Shown here: piece by piece, positions 37,377 to 50,600 of the stretch
Layout of the letters: the number at the start of each line of letters is the position of its first letter
Numbering within the stretch: the stretch's first letter is position 1
Assembly: GCA_000388065.2 (NCBI GenBank)
Contig: KB932205.1
DNA length: 55,071 nucleotides
From: Fonticula alba ATCC 38817
Lineage: Eukaryota > Protista > Nucleariida
Strand: one strand, 5' to 3'
Translations under genes and position numbers: made by a program
Notes under the pieces: model-generated
Database searches by the model: none
Told to the model about the DNA's origin: nothing
What the model saw: the letters and a program-made list of their open reading frames with translations, nothing else

Positions 37377-38271
37377 ACAGACACACGCGCGCGCACACAT
37401 CCGCATGCACAAGCCGGCGCGCACGGCATGCGTCCCACCAATTGTGGCTGGGGAACGGCCTCCCTCCGCCCGGAGGATCTCCGACCCCCTTGTTCTCCCT
37501 GCGGCTGTTCCGGGGCGCATCGGGTGGGCGGGCGGAAGGGGGGGGAGGCCGACCGGGTTTTGGAGCACCCCACACTTCTCCCTTCTCAGTCTCAACGTCC
37601 TTGAGCCCACCGCGCCCCGCGCCGCCGCCGCCGCCGCCGTAGCCCCTCTTTTCGGATACCGGCCACAACAATCCGTCGCCTCCGGGCGCGGAGAACATCA
37701 TAGTGCCTCCTCCCTCCTCCCTCTTCCACATACACACGCAATCACGCACGCGCGCAAGCACGCACGCACGCACGCACACGCACCCACCCACCCACCCATC
37801 CCTGCCTCTCTCCCGTCCCGTTTCTCCTCCCACTCGTACACCCTCTGTGCACAGCATACGGCCGATTGCTCTGCTCAACTCCCTGGAGGCACTGTCCGCT
37901 GAGGTCCGGTCATACTCGCGCGGGCTGGCCCTCTTCCCTCTGCCCTCCGCCTCCCCCTCCCTCTCCTCCTCCTCCCCCCTCTGATGCTACACACTCACAC
38001 TAGCCGCCATTCTCGCTGCTTGCCTGCCCGGGGGCCCATCGGCCGGCCACATTCTCCCGCCCTAGACCTGATATGGAGTGACCGAGAGTCGATCGCTGGC
38101 CCCTCTCGACCCCCCCTGCCCGCATCATATTTACATACATACATAGCCAAGTATATACATCTCCGCACGGCGCCCTTCCTCGCCGAGTCCCGCGTACGGC
38201 GGCTTCGATTTGCTCCGCGCTCCGCCTGGAGAATGTGACCCCCACTCACTCCATCCCCCTGTCCCTCCCAT

Positions 38272-38302
<31 letters not shown>

Positions 38303-38744
38303 CCTAGCCCCCGCGAGCCCTGACACAGGCTCCCTCTTGCTCTCGCTTTTGCCGCACGCGCGATCCCGCCCCTCGACATCCACCACATCCACAACGCGCG
38401 CGCGCGCGTGCGCATCCACATACATACGCATATTCCCGCCACCTGCTGGCCACAAGTCCCAGCCTGTCCCGGCCTGTGCATTGGAACCCGGCACACCCCT
38501 TCTGCCTCCTCCTCCTCCTCCTCCTCCCTTCCCCGACCCGCATCCCAGGTAGCTGGCTGGCACTTCCGATTCTCGTGGCACAGGCGCCTGCTCGACCGAC
38601 TCTCCTGGCCATTGCCACCACTGCCCCGACCGCCGCTGCCCCCACCAGCGCCCCTGCCTCGGTCAGTTCCTCCCCCCTCCCCCCACCCTCGCACCTTGCC
38701 TCGCCCACTTGACGGTGGCCACCCAACACCAGTACCCCGGCAGC

Positions 38745-41601
38745 ATGTCCGAGCGGCCTGCCCGCCGACGTGTCGACAGCCCCAATCGCCGGCCCAAGCA
38801 ATCATGGGAACGCGATGCCATTCCCGACCCGGACTCCGGTGAGCCGGGCTGCTCCAGCACCACCATCCTCCTGGCGTGGCTCATGACCCCGGGCAATTAT
38901 GCCCGCTGGCGCGGGGTGGCCCTGGTCGATCCGAACCCCAACCCCACCCTGGAGCAGGTGATGCTCCCGCAAATCATCGACACCGCCAGCCACCCGCCGC
39001 CCCAGCCGCCGGAAACCAAGAAGGCCATGATCCGCGAAATCATCGAGGCCCTGCGCCGTGTGGGCATCACCAACCGCAGTGATGCCGATGTCCGGGCCAA
39101 GATCATCGACTTGATGCGGGCGTACAATCGGGCCGCGCCGGATTTCGAGTCGGCCTTCGCTCGGATTTCCTCCGGCAGCATCGAGCTGGACCCGGCCTTC
39201 GGGCCGAATACCGACCACTCGCGCGAGGCCTCCCTCAAGCATGCCCTGGCCTTGGCTCGCAAGACCTGCCGGTCCTTCGAGCTGGTGTTCCCGGTCTTTG
39301 CGCCGGTTGAGCGCCGGTCGAATGCCGTGGCCGCGGCCCGGCGGGCCGGCGCGTCGCCCACCGCCGCCGCCGCCGCCGCCACCGCCGTCGGCTCCGACCG
39401 GCCCACCGCCGCCGAGGACTACGTCCGCAAGGCGGCCATGACCCGGGCCCTGACCATCAGCGCCTACACCAAGAGCCCGGACCCCATCGAGGCCGGGTGC
39501 ATCGACCAGCGTGCCCTGACCGTGGTTGCCCAGGTGGTCAATGACTATCGCCACCTCCGGCCAAGTGCCATGGGGCCGACGGTGGTGCCGAGCTTCAGTC
39601 CCGGCTACACCCCGCCCCCGGCCGAGTATGGCCATCAGGCGGACGATGGGGCCAATGCGGCGGCGGCCGCGGCTGCCGCTGCCGCTGCCGCTGTGGCCGC
39701 CGCCGCCGGTGGTGGCGGCCCCCATCCGCCTCCCAGCGAGGATCCCTACGCCGACCCGGGCTACGACCATGATGACCATGCGCCTGGGGTTGGGGCTTCG
39801 GGACCGCAGCCGCCGCCGCCCCCGCCGCCGCAGGGCCCGCCGCCCCCCTCCCAGCAAGGCCCCCCGCCGATGGCGCCGCCCCCGCCGCCGCCCTCATCGC
39901 TGGTCCACCCGGCCGGTGGGCCGCCCCCGCCGCCGATGCACACCTTCACCGGGCACTTCAGCCAGCCGGGTCTCCTGGGCGCCGACCTCCATGGGACCCC
40001 TTCGGGCTTGGGCATGCCCGGACGCGGGGGCGGGCCCAATCTCCTTGGGGCGGCCGGGGCGGCCGCCGCGGCTGCCGCCGCCGCCGCCGCGGTTGCCGTC
40101 TCCGGCGGACCGCCGCCCCATTTGCCCGGCGGATTGGCCGGCGACCCGCCCTTCGCCGCGGGGCTGTACCCGGGTCTGCTGCCGGGGGCCGGGGCCACGG
40201 GCTTCCCCCCGCCCCCGCCACCGGGCGTCGGCGTCGGCGGGGGGGCTCACCCGGGCCAGGCCTTCCTGCACCCGCAACAGGGCCCGCACCCCCAGCAGGG
40301 GCCGCCTCCGCACCCCTCACAGCAGGGCCCCCCCCAGCAGGGCCCGCCCCCGCCACACCCGCCGCCCCCGCACCCGGCCCATGGGCCGCCCCCGCATCCG
40401 GGACATGGGCCGCCTCCGCATCCGGCCCACCCGGCCCACCCGGCCCATCCGGCCCACCCGCCACCCCCGCACCCGCCCCCGCATCAGGCCTTCCAATCGG
40501 TGAACATGGCCCGGTCTTTGCCGGAGCTGATGCAGCTGCTGGTGGACACGCACGGCCTGCCGCCGGCCGAGGCCGCGCGCCTGGCTCTGGCCGAACGCGC
40601 CCTCGATCAGACTCGCACCACTTTGGCCCTGCTTGGGGCCCGGACTCAGGCAGCCCTGAGCCTCATGCAAGCCGGGCTTGGGGAACAGGCCATCGCGGCC
40701 ATCCTCCAGGTGGATGCCCCGCCAACCGGCGACCCGCTTGGCTCGCTGCTTGGGCACCCGCCGCCGCCGCCGCTGCCGGGCGCCGGGAACCCCCCGCCCG
40801 GGTCACCCCCGCACCCGGGCTATGGACATCCGCCGCCCCCGCCGATGGCCGGTACGTCTGATGCCTGACACATGCGCGCCTGGGCCCCATGTGATGTTGG
40901 CCTGCCTGCGCTGCTCCCCAAGGCCCAGGGGGGAGGGGGGGGTCTTGCCCGCCGTGTATCCTCTGCCTGCCAGTTCCTTGCCCATGCTCACCCTGGAGAT
41001 CCGCCCAATGCTCCCCCTCGCGCGCACCCCCGGATGTGTAGGTCCTCCGGGGACACACTTCTACCCGGGCGCTGGGGCTGGCGTCCCGCCGCCCCCGCCG
41101 CCGGGTGTTGTTGGCCCGCCGCCCCCGCCGCCGCCGGGGCCCCATTCCTCGATAGCGCCCCCGCCGCCGCCGGGGCCTGGCGGCCCGCCGCCCCACTCGG
41201 TGGTGGTTCCCTCGCCCCGGTCGCCGCCCATGAGCCACCCCCTGGTGGCTGGGTCCTCCTCGCCCGGTGGCCTCCCGCCGCCGCCCCGGTCACCACACAT
41301 GCCCCCCTCGGCGCACCACTCGCCGGCCATGCACTCGGTGCCCGGCTCGTCGTCCTCGTCGTCCGGGGCCGCCGGCGCCGGGAGTCCGGCCCTCAGCCCG
41401 GCCGAGCACCGGCCTCACCCGGGGCACGGCGGCGAGCCGCATCCCAAGCGCGGTCGCTTTGCCCTCGGGGATATGACCTCCGCGTCTCCCTCCTCCCCGA
41501 CGGTCAGCACCTCGGAAGACCGTTTGGACCAAACGGTCGGCGGTGGCCCCGGGGTCAATGGCGCCGTGCCGCCTGGCGTCGATGCCCTGGGCATGGCTTG
41601 A
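38745..41601 (+). CDS. Myb/SANT-like (trihelix-type) DNA-binding domain protein with Pro/His/Gly-rich tail, 888 aa
   Basis: Exon 1 is 38745-40851, the intron is 40852-41041 (GTACGT...TGTAG), and exon 2 is 41042-41601. The N-terminal motif W..D...SSTTILLAWLMTPGNYARWRG...TKKAMIREI...GITNRSDADVRAKIIDL...CRSFELVFPVF resembles a family I recall from fungi and oomycetes (SS..vLldWLtt.gNY.rwrG...TK...eI). NLS-like PKRGR near the C-terminus. Confidence 0.75.
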
Positions 41602-42688
41602 CACCGGTGGACACGCCTGCCCCCTCCCACACCGGTCGCCCCTGCGCGCGAACGATCGGGCAAAGGAGGAGCAAAGGCAGGAAAAGGGAACGAAAAGCAA
41701 GTGGCACCGCTGCCTGGCCGGCCTGCTGCCCTCTGTCTACTCCCCTGCCGTCTTCCTTCTGCTCGCGCCTCCTCCGCCGTGCCTCTCTTTCTTCCCCTCC
41801 GGAGGTTGCCGACACTTGCGCACCGCTGGCCCGGTGCGCTGTCATGGTCGTTCATGTGCTCCGGCCCCCCTCCCCTGCGTCCCTCCTCTTTCCTCGCCGG
41901 CCATCACCACCCGCCGATGGCTGTCCTTGTCCTTGAATACATCTCCTTTCCCGCCACTGCGCGTGAGTGAGCGAGTGTGTGTGTGTGTGTGTGTCTTTAC
42001 ACCAACGCCCGTATTTTTGTATCCATATTTGCGTCCGAGGATGTCAGATCATAAACCCCCCCCCTTCCGTTCCACTCCTCACACGGTGCCGTCTCGATGG
42101 CGTCGAGATTCCCACTCAGACGTGTCCCCCCCCCCCCCCCCAGCAGCTCCCCTACGGTGCTCACCATTCCACGGGCATGGGGAGATGTCCAATCTGAAGG
42201 GATGCCCTTTGATCACCGGCCCCGCTGAGCTTCCCAAGAGCCAGGCCAATGCCCCGACAGTGCGCGTGCTTCGCCCTTCCAGGTGCGACCCCACCAGGGT
42301 GGGGGCGGGGCGGGGCAGGGGGGTGAGAGGAAGGGCGACAAAAACAGCGAGCAGAGCTGCTGTTGAGTTGGGGCTTTTTTTTTTGGTGACATTGACACGG
42401 AGGGGCCAGGAGCACCGCGCAAACACGGGGGAAATCCCCCGAGCGCGTCGGGCGCTACTGAACCGACCCCACACGAGCAGTGTGTTTTTATTTGTTTTCT
42501 TTTTTCTCGCTCCGGGAGCCATCCAAGGGAGGCCTCATCCGAGCGGGGTTTGGGAGGGGGGGGGGAGGGAGGGAGGAAGAGATGGCAGATCACAGCACCG
42601 AGCATGTAAGCGGAGGACAGGATCTGGAAAGGCCTGGCAGTCCTTCGGGACAGCAGGCACCCGGAGCGCCATGCAGCGCGGGTGCCAA

Positions 42689-45600
42689 TCAGAAACCATC
42701 AGACATGGACGCTGCTTGGAAGGCAGCCAGGGTGGACAGGCGCCAGTTGGATCCGGAAGCCGCCCCACCGGAGGCCGGGCGGCTGCCCTCTCCAAGCTCC
42801 AGGACGTGCGAGTGGAAGGGCACCAACGTGCGATTGTGCACCACACTGATGATGGTGCCGCTTGGGCCGGCGTGGTGGGCACTACGCAGCTGCGGGTCGG
42901 CCGCGGCGCCATAACCCCCCTCCGGGAGGGTGGCGCCCTTGCCATCCAGCGGCCCAGGAGAATGGGGAGTGCCGCCGACAGACCCCCCATACACCCGGAA
43001 GAGCTCCTCGTACAGCTTGGCCGAGGAGTGGCGATCCAGCGAGCTTGTTGCCTCGTCCAAAAGCACCAGACGCGGCTTGTGGAAGAGAACTCGAGCAAAG
43101 GCCAGCTTCTGCCGCTCGCCCGGGGACAGACGCTGCGAGAAGGACGCCGTCAGGGTGGCCGGCGCAGTACGGCCCGCCGAGGTCGTGGCTGCACCTGGTG
43201 TCGGGGCTGCCTTGATTGTCAGCGACCAAGGCACCTTGGCTCCGGTATCGCAGGCCAACGTGCGCTCCGACCCGGAGCGCTGGAGCAGGTATGACAGACC
43301 CACACGCTCCAGCAGGTCGACCAGCTGGTGATCTGAGGAGGGTGGGAGCGCATCGGAGAGAAGGAGCCAAAAGGAGGTTAGATGGAAAATGGGGCAAAGG
43401 GCACAGGGGAAGAGGGGAGAAGGAGAAGAGGGAAAGGAAGAATACGGCCGCGGGTGTGTGAAAATGGATCGGAGAAAGGGAAGCAGCGAGGAGGGGAGCG
43501 ATGACATGGGGGGGGGGGGGGGGGGGGGCCCCCCGCGGGGGGAGGGGAGAATACACGCACCATGGACTTGGCCACGAGACTGAAACGAAGAACCGCATCG
43601 GCATCGGCATACGCATCCTCGTCGGCACCCCGCGGGTGACTGAGGGACGCTGGCAGAACTGCCGTCAGGTTGTCGATGTACACATATCGAGAGGGAGCTA
43701 TCGGGGAGGGGAGCCTCGCCACCAACCGGGGCGGGAGGGGGCTGTTAGAGCGCGGAGCAGCCGCCAGATGCACGGGCCATGTATGCTAAAAAGGAAAGAG
43801 AGAAGGGGAGGGCATAGATCGAGCTGGGGGGCAAGTCGGCGCGACGGCGCACCAGGAGNNNNNNNNNNNNNNNNNNNNNNNNNNNNNNNNNNNNNNNNNN
43901 NNNGTCGATGTACACATATCGAGAGGGAGCTATCGGGGGGGGGGGGGGGGCCACGCACCAGGGAGGATGCCCGGATATTGGATTGGGCTGAGAGGATAGA
44001 CAATTTGCGCGCGCAGATCGCCAACCACCTGGACCGGCTCCTGGGGCAGGAAGAGGACATTCACGTGTGGAGGAGCCCCGGCATCCTGGGCCGCCGACAG
44101 GGGGGTGACTTCGGTGGGTGGCTCGGTCGTCGGGGACACCTGGCCCCGCTGCGTGGCCTTCAGGCGGTGCTGCTTGCGCAGCGAGCAGGTCTCCAGTTCG
44201 GGCACTTGGATTTCACCTAAGCCCGCCCAGTGGCACGCGCGAAGCGAGAGGAGGGCAATTAGTGCGAAGGCGCAGAAGGAGGAAAGGCAGTCGGATGACT
44301 GCGCTGCGCTGTGATACTTTTCGGGGCCATGCCGCGCGTACCATGGTCCGGCTGCCAAAGTCCAACCGCCGCACGCAGCAGAGACGACTTGCCGGAGCCC
44401 GGAGGACCGACAATCGCCAGGTGCTTGCCGCGGGTCAGCTCCACATTGAGGGCCGAGAAGAGAGGCGGATTCTTGGCCGGCGTGGTGTCCAGACAGTTGC
44501 CATGGGCGGCACCCGCGCCGGTGGCCGTGGCCGCTGCCGCCGCCACTGCCGCGTGGTTGATTGGCGGGCTGAGTGAAACCTCTCGAGCGGCGAAAACAAC
44601 ATCGCTGCCGATCTCCGCGTGGCTGCTTGACATGGAGGTGTGGTCGCTTTTCGGGGAGGGGAAAGGAAGACTCTGGGGTTAGAACCAGGAAGAAAAGAGC
44701 AAGAGAAGGAAGGGAGAAGCAAAGCAGGCAGGAGGCGGGGCGCCTTCGCCCGAGGGAGACCAGGAAGAAATACCTAAAGTTGACGCTGTGTTCGTCGGCC
44801 GGCGGATAGAAGCTGCTCTGGTGGGCATCGGCAATCGGGGCATACTGCCGGTCGGCACTGGCGAGCGACTCGTCGGAGGAGCTATCACACGTGAGGGACC
44901 CGCTCATGGCGGAGCACTTGCCACCAGTGGCAGATGCCTCCTCGGTGGCGGCTCCCTTCTCCAGTTCGGCGAGGCTGTCGATGAGCTCTGCAAGCCGGCG
45001 AAGGGAACGAAATAGTCAGCGGGCCATGTGGCCACAAAGGAAGGAAGACAAAGGGCAGCCCCCGCTCTCCATGGAGGAGGGGAAGGGGGGGGGGGGGGGG
45101 GGGGGGAAGACACGCACCCTCCACACGATGGGCATACCCGCCGAGGGCGGCGAAGCTGTCAGTCAGAGCCAACAGCTCTGTCAGGTTGAAGATCAGATAC
45201 ATGTTGATGAAGGAGCTCTGACTGATCAGGGCCGACAGCGCATCCGGGTCCAGGTCGTCATACATGGACGTGGTGAAGAGCGGAATGCCGATGACAATGT
45301 AGCTCACGATCGAGCCCAAGTAGGACACCGTGTTCTTCGAGAGGTTGACGATGGAACGCCGCTGTGCCAGGCGCACCAGCAGGAAGATCAGGTTGTTCAG
45401 GGCCCGATCCACGAGCTCGCTTTCGTAGTCGATGCCAGCCGCAAGGCAGATCGACTCGGAGTAGCTGCGCAGGCGCACGTGCAGGTATCTGCAATCCGGT
45501 GAAGGGGACATTGGAGAGGCATGCGGTAGAAGATTAGGCAGGAGGGGAGAGAGAGAGAGGGGGGGGGGGGGAAGAGGGAAAAAAAGAGAAAGGCAAAGGC

Positions 45601-47075
45601 GGTCGGTCAGATGAATGCGATGCTGGAGACGCATGTGGCCAAAAGGCCGCAAAGGACGATGCACATGTGCGAGTATATGCGCACCGGAAGTCACCCTCAC
45701 GGCGCTCCTGCTCGTAGAACATGGGAACCAAGATGCCGGCGATGACTTTGTTCACCACAGCCGAGATGAGGAAGAACAGGAAGATGAGGAGCTTGGGAGA
45801 GGGAAAGAAAGCAGGAGGATGTCAATATTCCAAGAGACCCCGGCGCAGGGGGAGTGGCGAGAAGGGGTGTGGAAGAGAGAGAGAGAGAGAGAGAGAAAGA
45901 AAGAAAGAGAGATGGGAGGGAAAGAGAGGTGAGAGGGGAAAGGAAATTAACCGTCCACAGACACGTACCAGCCCATAGTAGCCAGTGATGACCGCCGATT
46001 GGTAGGTGTAATAGCCGACGAGCACCGGCCAGATGACTACCTTCGAGAGGACCTCGCCGGTTTGCTCGCAAAACTGCTGGACATCAGTGGTGATGCGCTG
46101 ATCGCTGCGATGAAAGAGATGATGGGGCGTCATGTCAGTTGGTCTGAGTCATAAAAGCGGTGGCAGGATGCCACGCAAAAAAAAAAAAGGGGGGCGAGAG
46201 GGACTCAAAGCGCCGGATCGCGCCTCAGCACGTACGGATTGTCGATGGCGGTCTTTTGCAGGATGCCAAAGATGTTGTGGGCACGGAAGTAGCGCTCATG
46301 CAGGTAGCGAGTCAGCCGCCGGCGCATGTGCACCACCAGCATGTCGCGCAGCAGGGACGACACGGTCATGGTCTGGCAAAGGGAAGACCCGAAGGCGCAG
46401 AGCGGGTGTCAGTCAACCGGCCAACCGTCAGGCGAGGAACACCCCGTTGCAGGGGATGATACCAAGGAGCCCGGCCATTGACACCCCGAGGGAGGGCGAG
46501 GAGGAAGGACGTACCACAGCAACCAGCATCACCTTCACCAAGCCACTGACCGTGGCATGGAGGAACATGTCCAAATCACGCCCGACGAGGGACATGTACA
46601 TGGTGCTTGGCACCATACCCACAAAGTAGACAAACACCTGGGGAATGCATTTCCGAATGTGAGAGACTCAGCATGCGTTTGGGGATGGACGAAGCGGGGC
46701 CAGCAAAAGCCGCGGAAAGGGAGGGAAAGAGGGGGGGAGGGGGGGGGGGCACATGAGTGCGCGCAAATGCCCGAGAAGACGTACCTGCTCCAGCAGAGCG
46801 GTCATGATGGCCACCAGGTAGAAGCCGAGGGCCCAGTTGTCGTCGGTCCGGCTCATGCCGATACCAATGAGACGGAACATCACCTTCAGCGTGGCCAGGT
46901 TGAAGGAGCGCTTGGGCTCGGCCGGACTGGCGGCCGGCGCGGCACCGGACTCCGGGCCGGCACCGTCTTTGCTGACGAGCGCCTGATCGGCGGGATAGTA
47001 GGCGAGCAGTGAAGACCCAGCATGGTCATCGTCTGACGCCACCGCCTGGTAGCTGACGCCGCTTGTGTGCGTCAT
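42689..47075 (-). CDS. ABCD4: ABC transporter subfamily D, ABCD4-like half transporter (multi-exon)
   Basis: TMD motifs: IDNP|DQRITTDV, EQERREGDFR|YLHVRLRSYSESI, YLGSIVSYIVIGIPLF...YDDLDPDALSALIS (ABCD4-like) and GGYAHRV. NBD motifs: GPPGSGKSS, FLPQEP, LRAQIVYP, LSPGERQKLAFARVLFHKP..VLLDEATSSLD and ISVVH. The ATG at 47075 is preceded by CAG and a gap, so the true start may lie further upstream. Confidence 0.9.
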
Positions 47076-48350
47076 CTGCNNNNNNNNNNNNNNNNNNNNN
47101 NNNNNNNNNNNNNNNNNNNNNNNNNNNNNNNNNNNNNNNNNNGGGGGGGGAGGTGGTGGTGGGGACAGCAACAAGAGGTGGCCAAGGGCTAGAGCTCTCG
47201 AAGGGAGGGCCAACAATCACAGACGGGGACGGAACAGGACGCCGGTTGAAAAATAAAAGCACGAAGGACCAACACGTCCAGGCGTCTCGCCAGCAGCACG
47301 TGGGGGAGAGGGGGGGGGCCGAGGAAAGGCAGCCGCGCGCACCTCAAGACGCTACAAGCAGCCACGGTAGCACACTCTCAGCGTGGTCGGGTCCATTAAG
47401 AGGACCACAGACCCCGCCGCAGCCGAACTGCCCACCGGTCGGCATAACAAACGAAACAGACACCGTGGACGCACACCCAGCCCAGCCCGGCGGCGGCCGG
47501 GGCGGAGATCTTCCCCCACGAACTTTAAGCAGTGACCTCCTCCGGAAGGGGATGGCGGGGGCGAACCAACAGGCCACCACCACCCAGCAGGGCACACACG
47601 CAGAGCTGGGTTTCGTGCACACGCGGCACGGGCTACCCCCCAACCACCGCCCTGTGGGGGCCATCCAGGATGTACACGCGTGTTCGCTCTAGCCCGCATC
47701 CTGGCCCCCGCGCCCCCCCGCCCCCGGCGACGGCTTGCTGTCCCGGGCGCAGACCGGGAGACGCGCCTGCAGCATCCCCCCCCCCCCCCGGCCCACCTCG
47801 TTCGTATGGACGCCTGGGTACTTGCGTGCCAGTAAGTCCAGCCGGGCGCTCCAGCGTCGGCCCCCCAATGAGGGGCACCCCGGGCGTGAAAAGCATCGCT
47901 TCGTCCTAAATTCGACGAGCCCAGATAACCCGCCCCGCGGGAGGACGTGATCTGCACACCGGTTCTGTCCAGTCAGATCGGTCCGGACCAGCCGGCGTCT
48001 CCCCACGCCCAGTGCACCCCCGGCCTGGCGCTCTCCTCCTTCCGAGCGCGGTGTCCACTCTATCCCAAAGGCCCCGCTCCTTGCCCCGCCCCGCCCCGCC
48101 AGCTCCCTGCCCTTGTCCTTGCCCTGGGGCGCGGCTTTGCTCTTCACGAGAAAAAACGGACGAAGACACTTCGCTCTCCCTCCCCTCCTCTCCTCTCCCC
48201 TCCTTATCTGCCTCTCTGCCTCTCTCTGCGCCGCTATCAAGCTATCTATCTCTAGGGTACATTTGGACATGCAACCGTGTGCGTGGAAAAAAAAACAAGG
48301 ACAACGGACACGGCACGTGCATACAGGAGTGAGCAAGCTGCCCAGCCACA

Positions 48351-49545
48351 CTAATCCGCCTGCTTGGCAGCGCTCGGGGTGGTCCAGACATCGGAAACGA
48401 CTTTCCGCTGGCGGAAGCGCGACTTCATATCGGCGAAGGAAAGCTTGGCCGCCGGGGCGGCGCTTGCTGAGCCGCCATCTTTGCTGGCAGCCGCCTGTGC
48501 CGCGCGCTCCTTGGCCCGCGCGCGGTCCACATTCTTCAGGTAGTGATCCACCTGGCGCTTGGCCTGACTCATCTCGGCCTGGAGCTGGCGCTCCCGAGCA
48601 GCCTTCTCATAGGCTATCGTGGGCGAGGGAAAAGTGGAAAGCAGCGCGAAGATGTCAGAGAGAGAGGAGAGAGAGAGAGAGAAAAAGAAACGAAATGTGC
48701 CTGGGAGGCGCATGCCAAGCCAGGAAATATGGTGACGAAGATGCGAAGGACAAGAGCCACCGAGAAGGGGAGCGGCGGGGGGCGGGCGGCAGAGGGCAAA
48801 CATACCAAGCTGCTCGGTGAGGTGGTGCCACTTGAACTTGGGCAGGTACTTGATGTTCCAGATGTCAGCATAGAACTTGCTGCGCTTGTTGCCGCCGATC
48901 TGGTTGTTGTTGAGAAGGTCAGCCGCGAAGCGGGCCCGGGACTTATCCAGGAACTCGACCCAGCCCTCGCTGTAGTTGATTCGGCGGTTGCCGCCGGCAC
49001 GCGCACGGCGCTTGCGGATGCGCTCATCTGCCAGAGAGGGGTGAGGAAAGAAGAGGTCAATGCAAAGATCCCCTCAGAGGGTGGAGGAGTCAAGGAGGGG
49101 CGAGGCTGTAGCAACATAGAGAGAGAGAGAGAGAAAGAGANNNNNNNNNNNNNNNNNNNNNNNNNNNNNNNNNNNNNNNNNNNNNNNNNNNNNNNNNNNN
49201 NNNNNNNNNNNNNNNNNNNNNNNNNNNNNNNNNNNNNNNNNNNNNNNNNNNNNNNNNNNNNNNNNNNNNNNNNNNNNNNNNNNNNNNNNNNNNNNNNNNN
49301 NNNNNNNNNNNNNNNNNNNNNNNNNNNNNNNNNNNNNNNNNNNNNNNNNNNNNNNNNNNNNNNNNNNNNNNNNNNNNNNNNNNNNNNNNNNNNNNNNNNN
49401 NNNNNNNNNNNNNNNNNNNNNNNNNNNNNNNNNNNNNNNNNNNNNNNNNNNNNNNNNNNNNNNNNNNNNNNNNNNNNNNNNNNNNNNNNNNNNNNNNNNN
49501 NNNNNNNNNNNNNNNNNNNNNNNNNNNNNNNNNNNNNNNNNNNNN

Positions 49546-49591
<46 letters not shown>

Positions 49592-50158
49592 CGTACCCTC
49601 AGGCTTGAGGAAAATTCGCCCGATCTTCCCGTGGTGTGACAGGAGACTCTTGAGCGCGTGCGGGCGCATGAACGGCGGGATGCGACTCAGATAGACGACA
49701 CCGGTCTTTTCAAGGTCGGCCTTAAAGGCCGAGAGGGCGGCCGGAGTCAGGGGGCGCAGATCGATCGAGGAGTCAATTTCATCATCCCCATCGTCCTCGT
49801 CATCCTCATCGTCCTCGTCGCCCTCATCGTCGTCCTCGTCGTCCTCGTCGCCCTCATCGTCTTCATCATCATCGTCCCCAGTATCGTCGTCCTCGTTGCT
49901 CCCGTCATCCTCATCGCTGCTGTCAGCGTCGAGGTCATCCTCAGCACCACTGGCATCCTCGTCAGCCTCATCGTCAGTGTCAACGGGCGATTCGAGGTCG
50001 TCCTCCTCATTGGCATCGGAGGCCTCCTCCTCGCTGAACACCCGGGCAAAACGGGGATCCTGGGTCGCGGCACTGGACAACTTGGCCCGCTTGCCGACCG
50101 GGGCCGCTTCAGTGGAAATTGACTTCCGCTTGGTCGCCGGGGTGAGAGATCCCTTCAT
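48351..50158 (-). CDS. ESF2: Pre-rRNA processing protein ESF2/ABT1 (RRM)
   Basis: Exons 50158-49597, 49027-48806 and 48613-48351. Motifs: KTGVVYLSRIPPFMRP..LKSLLS.HGKIGRIFLKPE, EGWVEF, NNNQIGGNKRSKFYADIWNIKYLPKFKWHHLTEQ and LQAEMSQAKR. Long D/E-rich N-terminal tract. Confidence 0.93.
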
Positions 50159-50548
50159 GTTTGACTGGCAGGAGAAAGAAAGAAAGGGCTGCAAGAGAGA
50201 GAGAGAGAGAGAGGGAGAGAGGGAGGGAGAGAGAAGGAGAAGGAAAAGAGAAAGGAAAGGCAGATGGCGTGGTGGGGGGAGGTGGTGGAGGTGGTGGTGC
50301 AGGTTTTCATTGTGTATTTGTCACTGCAGTGCCCCCCCTCTTGCGAATCCATCCCCATCGGCCCTGGCTGCCTGCGAGGAACAGGGCATCAGACGGGGAC
50401 ACGCAGAGGAACAACGCAGCCTCCCCCCCCCCCCGCCACAGCAGAAGAAAACCAATCGCGCTCGAACACCGACCATGCGAGTATATGGTCATGTGATCAC
50501 ACGAATCGATCATTGCACGAGGGCCTCGACAAGGGAGCCAGCAGGCGA

Positions 50549-50600
50549 GGGGGAAAGAGACAAGGGGGAAAGAGACAAGGGGGAAAGAGACAAGGGGGAA
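50549..50600. repeat. 15-bp minisatellite GGGGGAAAGAGACAA, three copies plus a partial copy
   Basis: Copies at 50549, 50564 and 50579, between the TMEM62 stop and the ESF2 start. Confidence 0.9.

Noticed and set aside
33390-37902. Long ORFs containing X runs (415, 466, 658, 493, 443 and 440 aa)
   Set aside because: They stay open only because they cross N gaps and microsatellites; apart from the GGA exons already annotated, no coding signal.
47260-48350. ORFs between the ABCD4 start and the ESF2 stop
   Set aside because: No recognisable motifs; likely UTR or promoter sequence.
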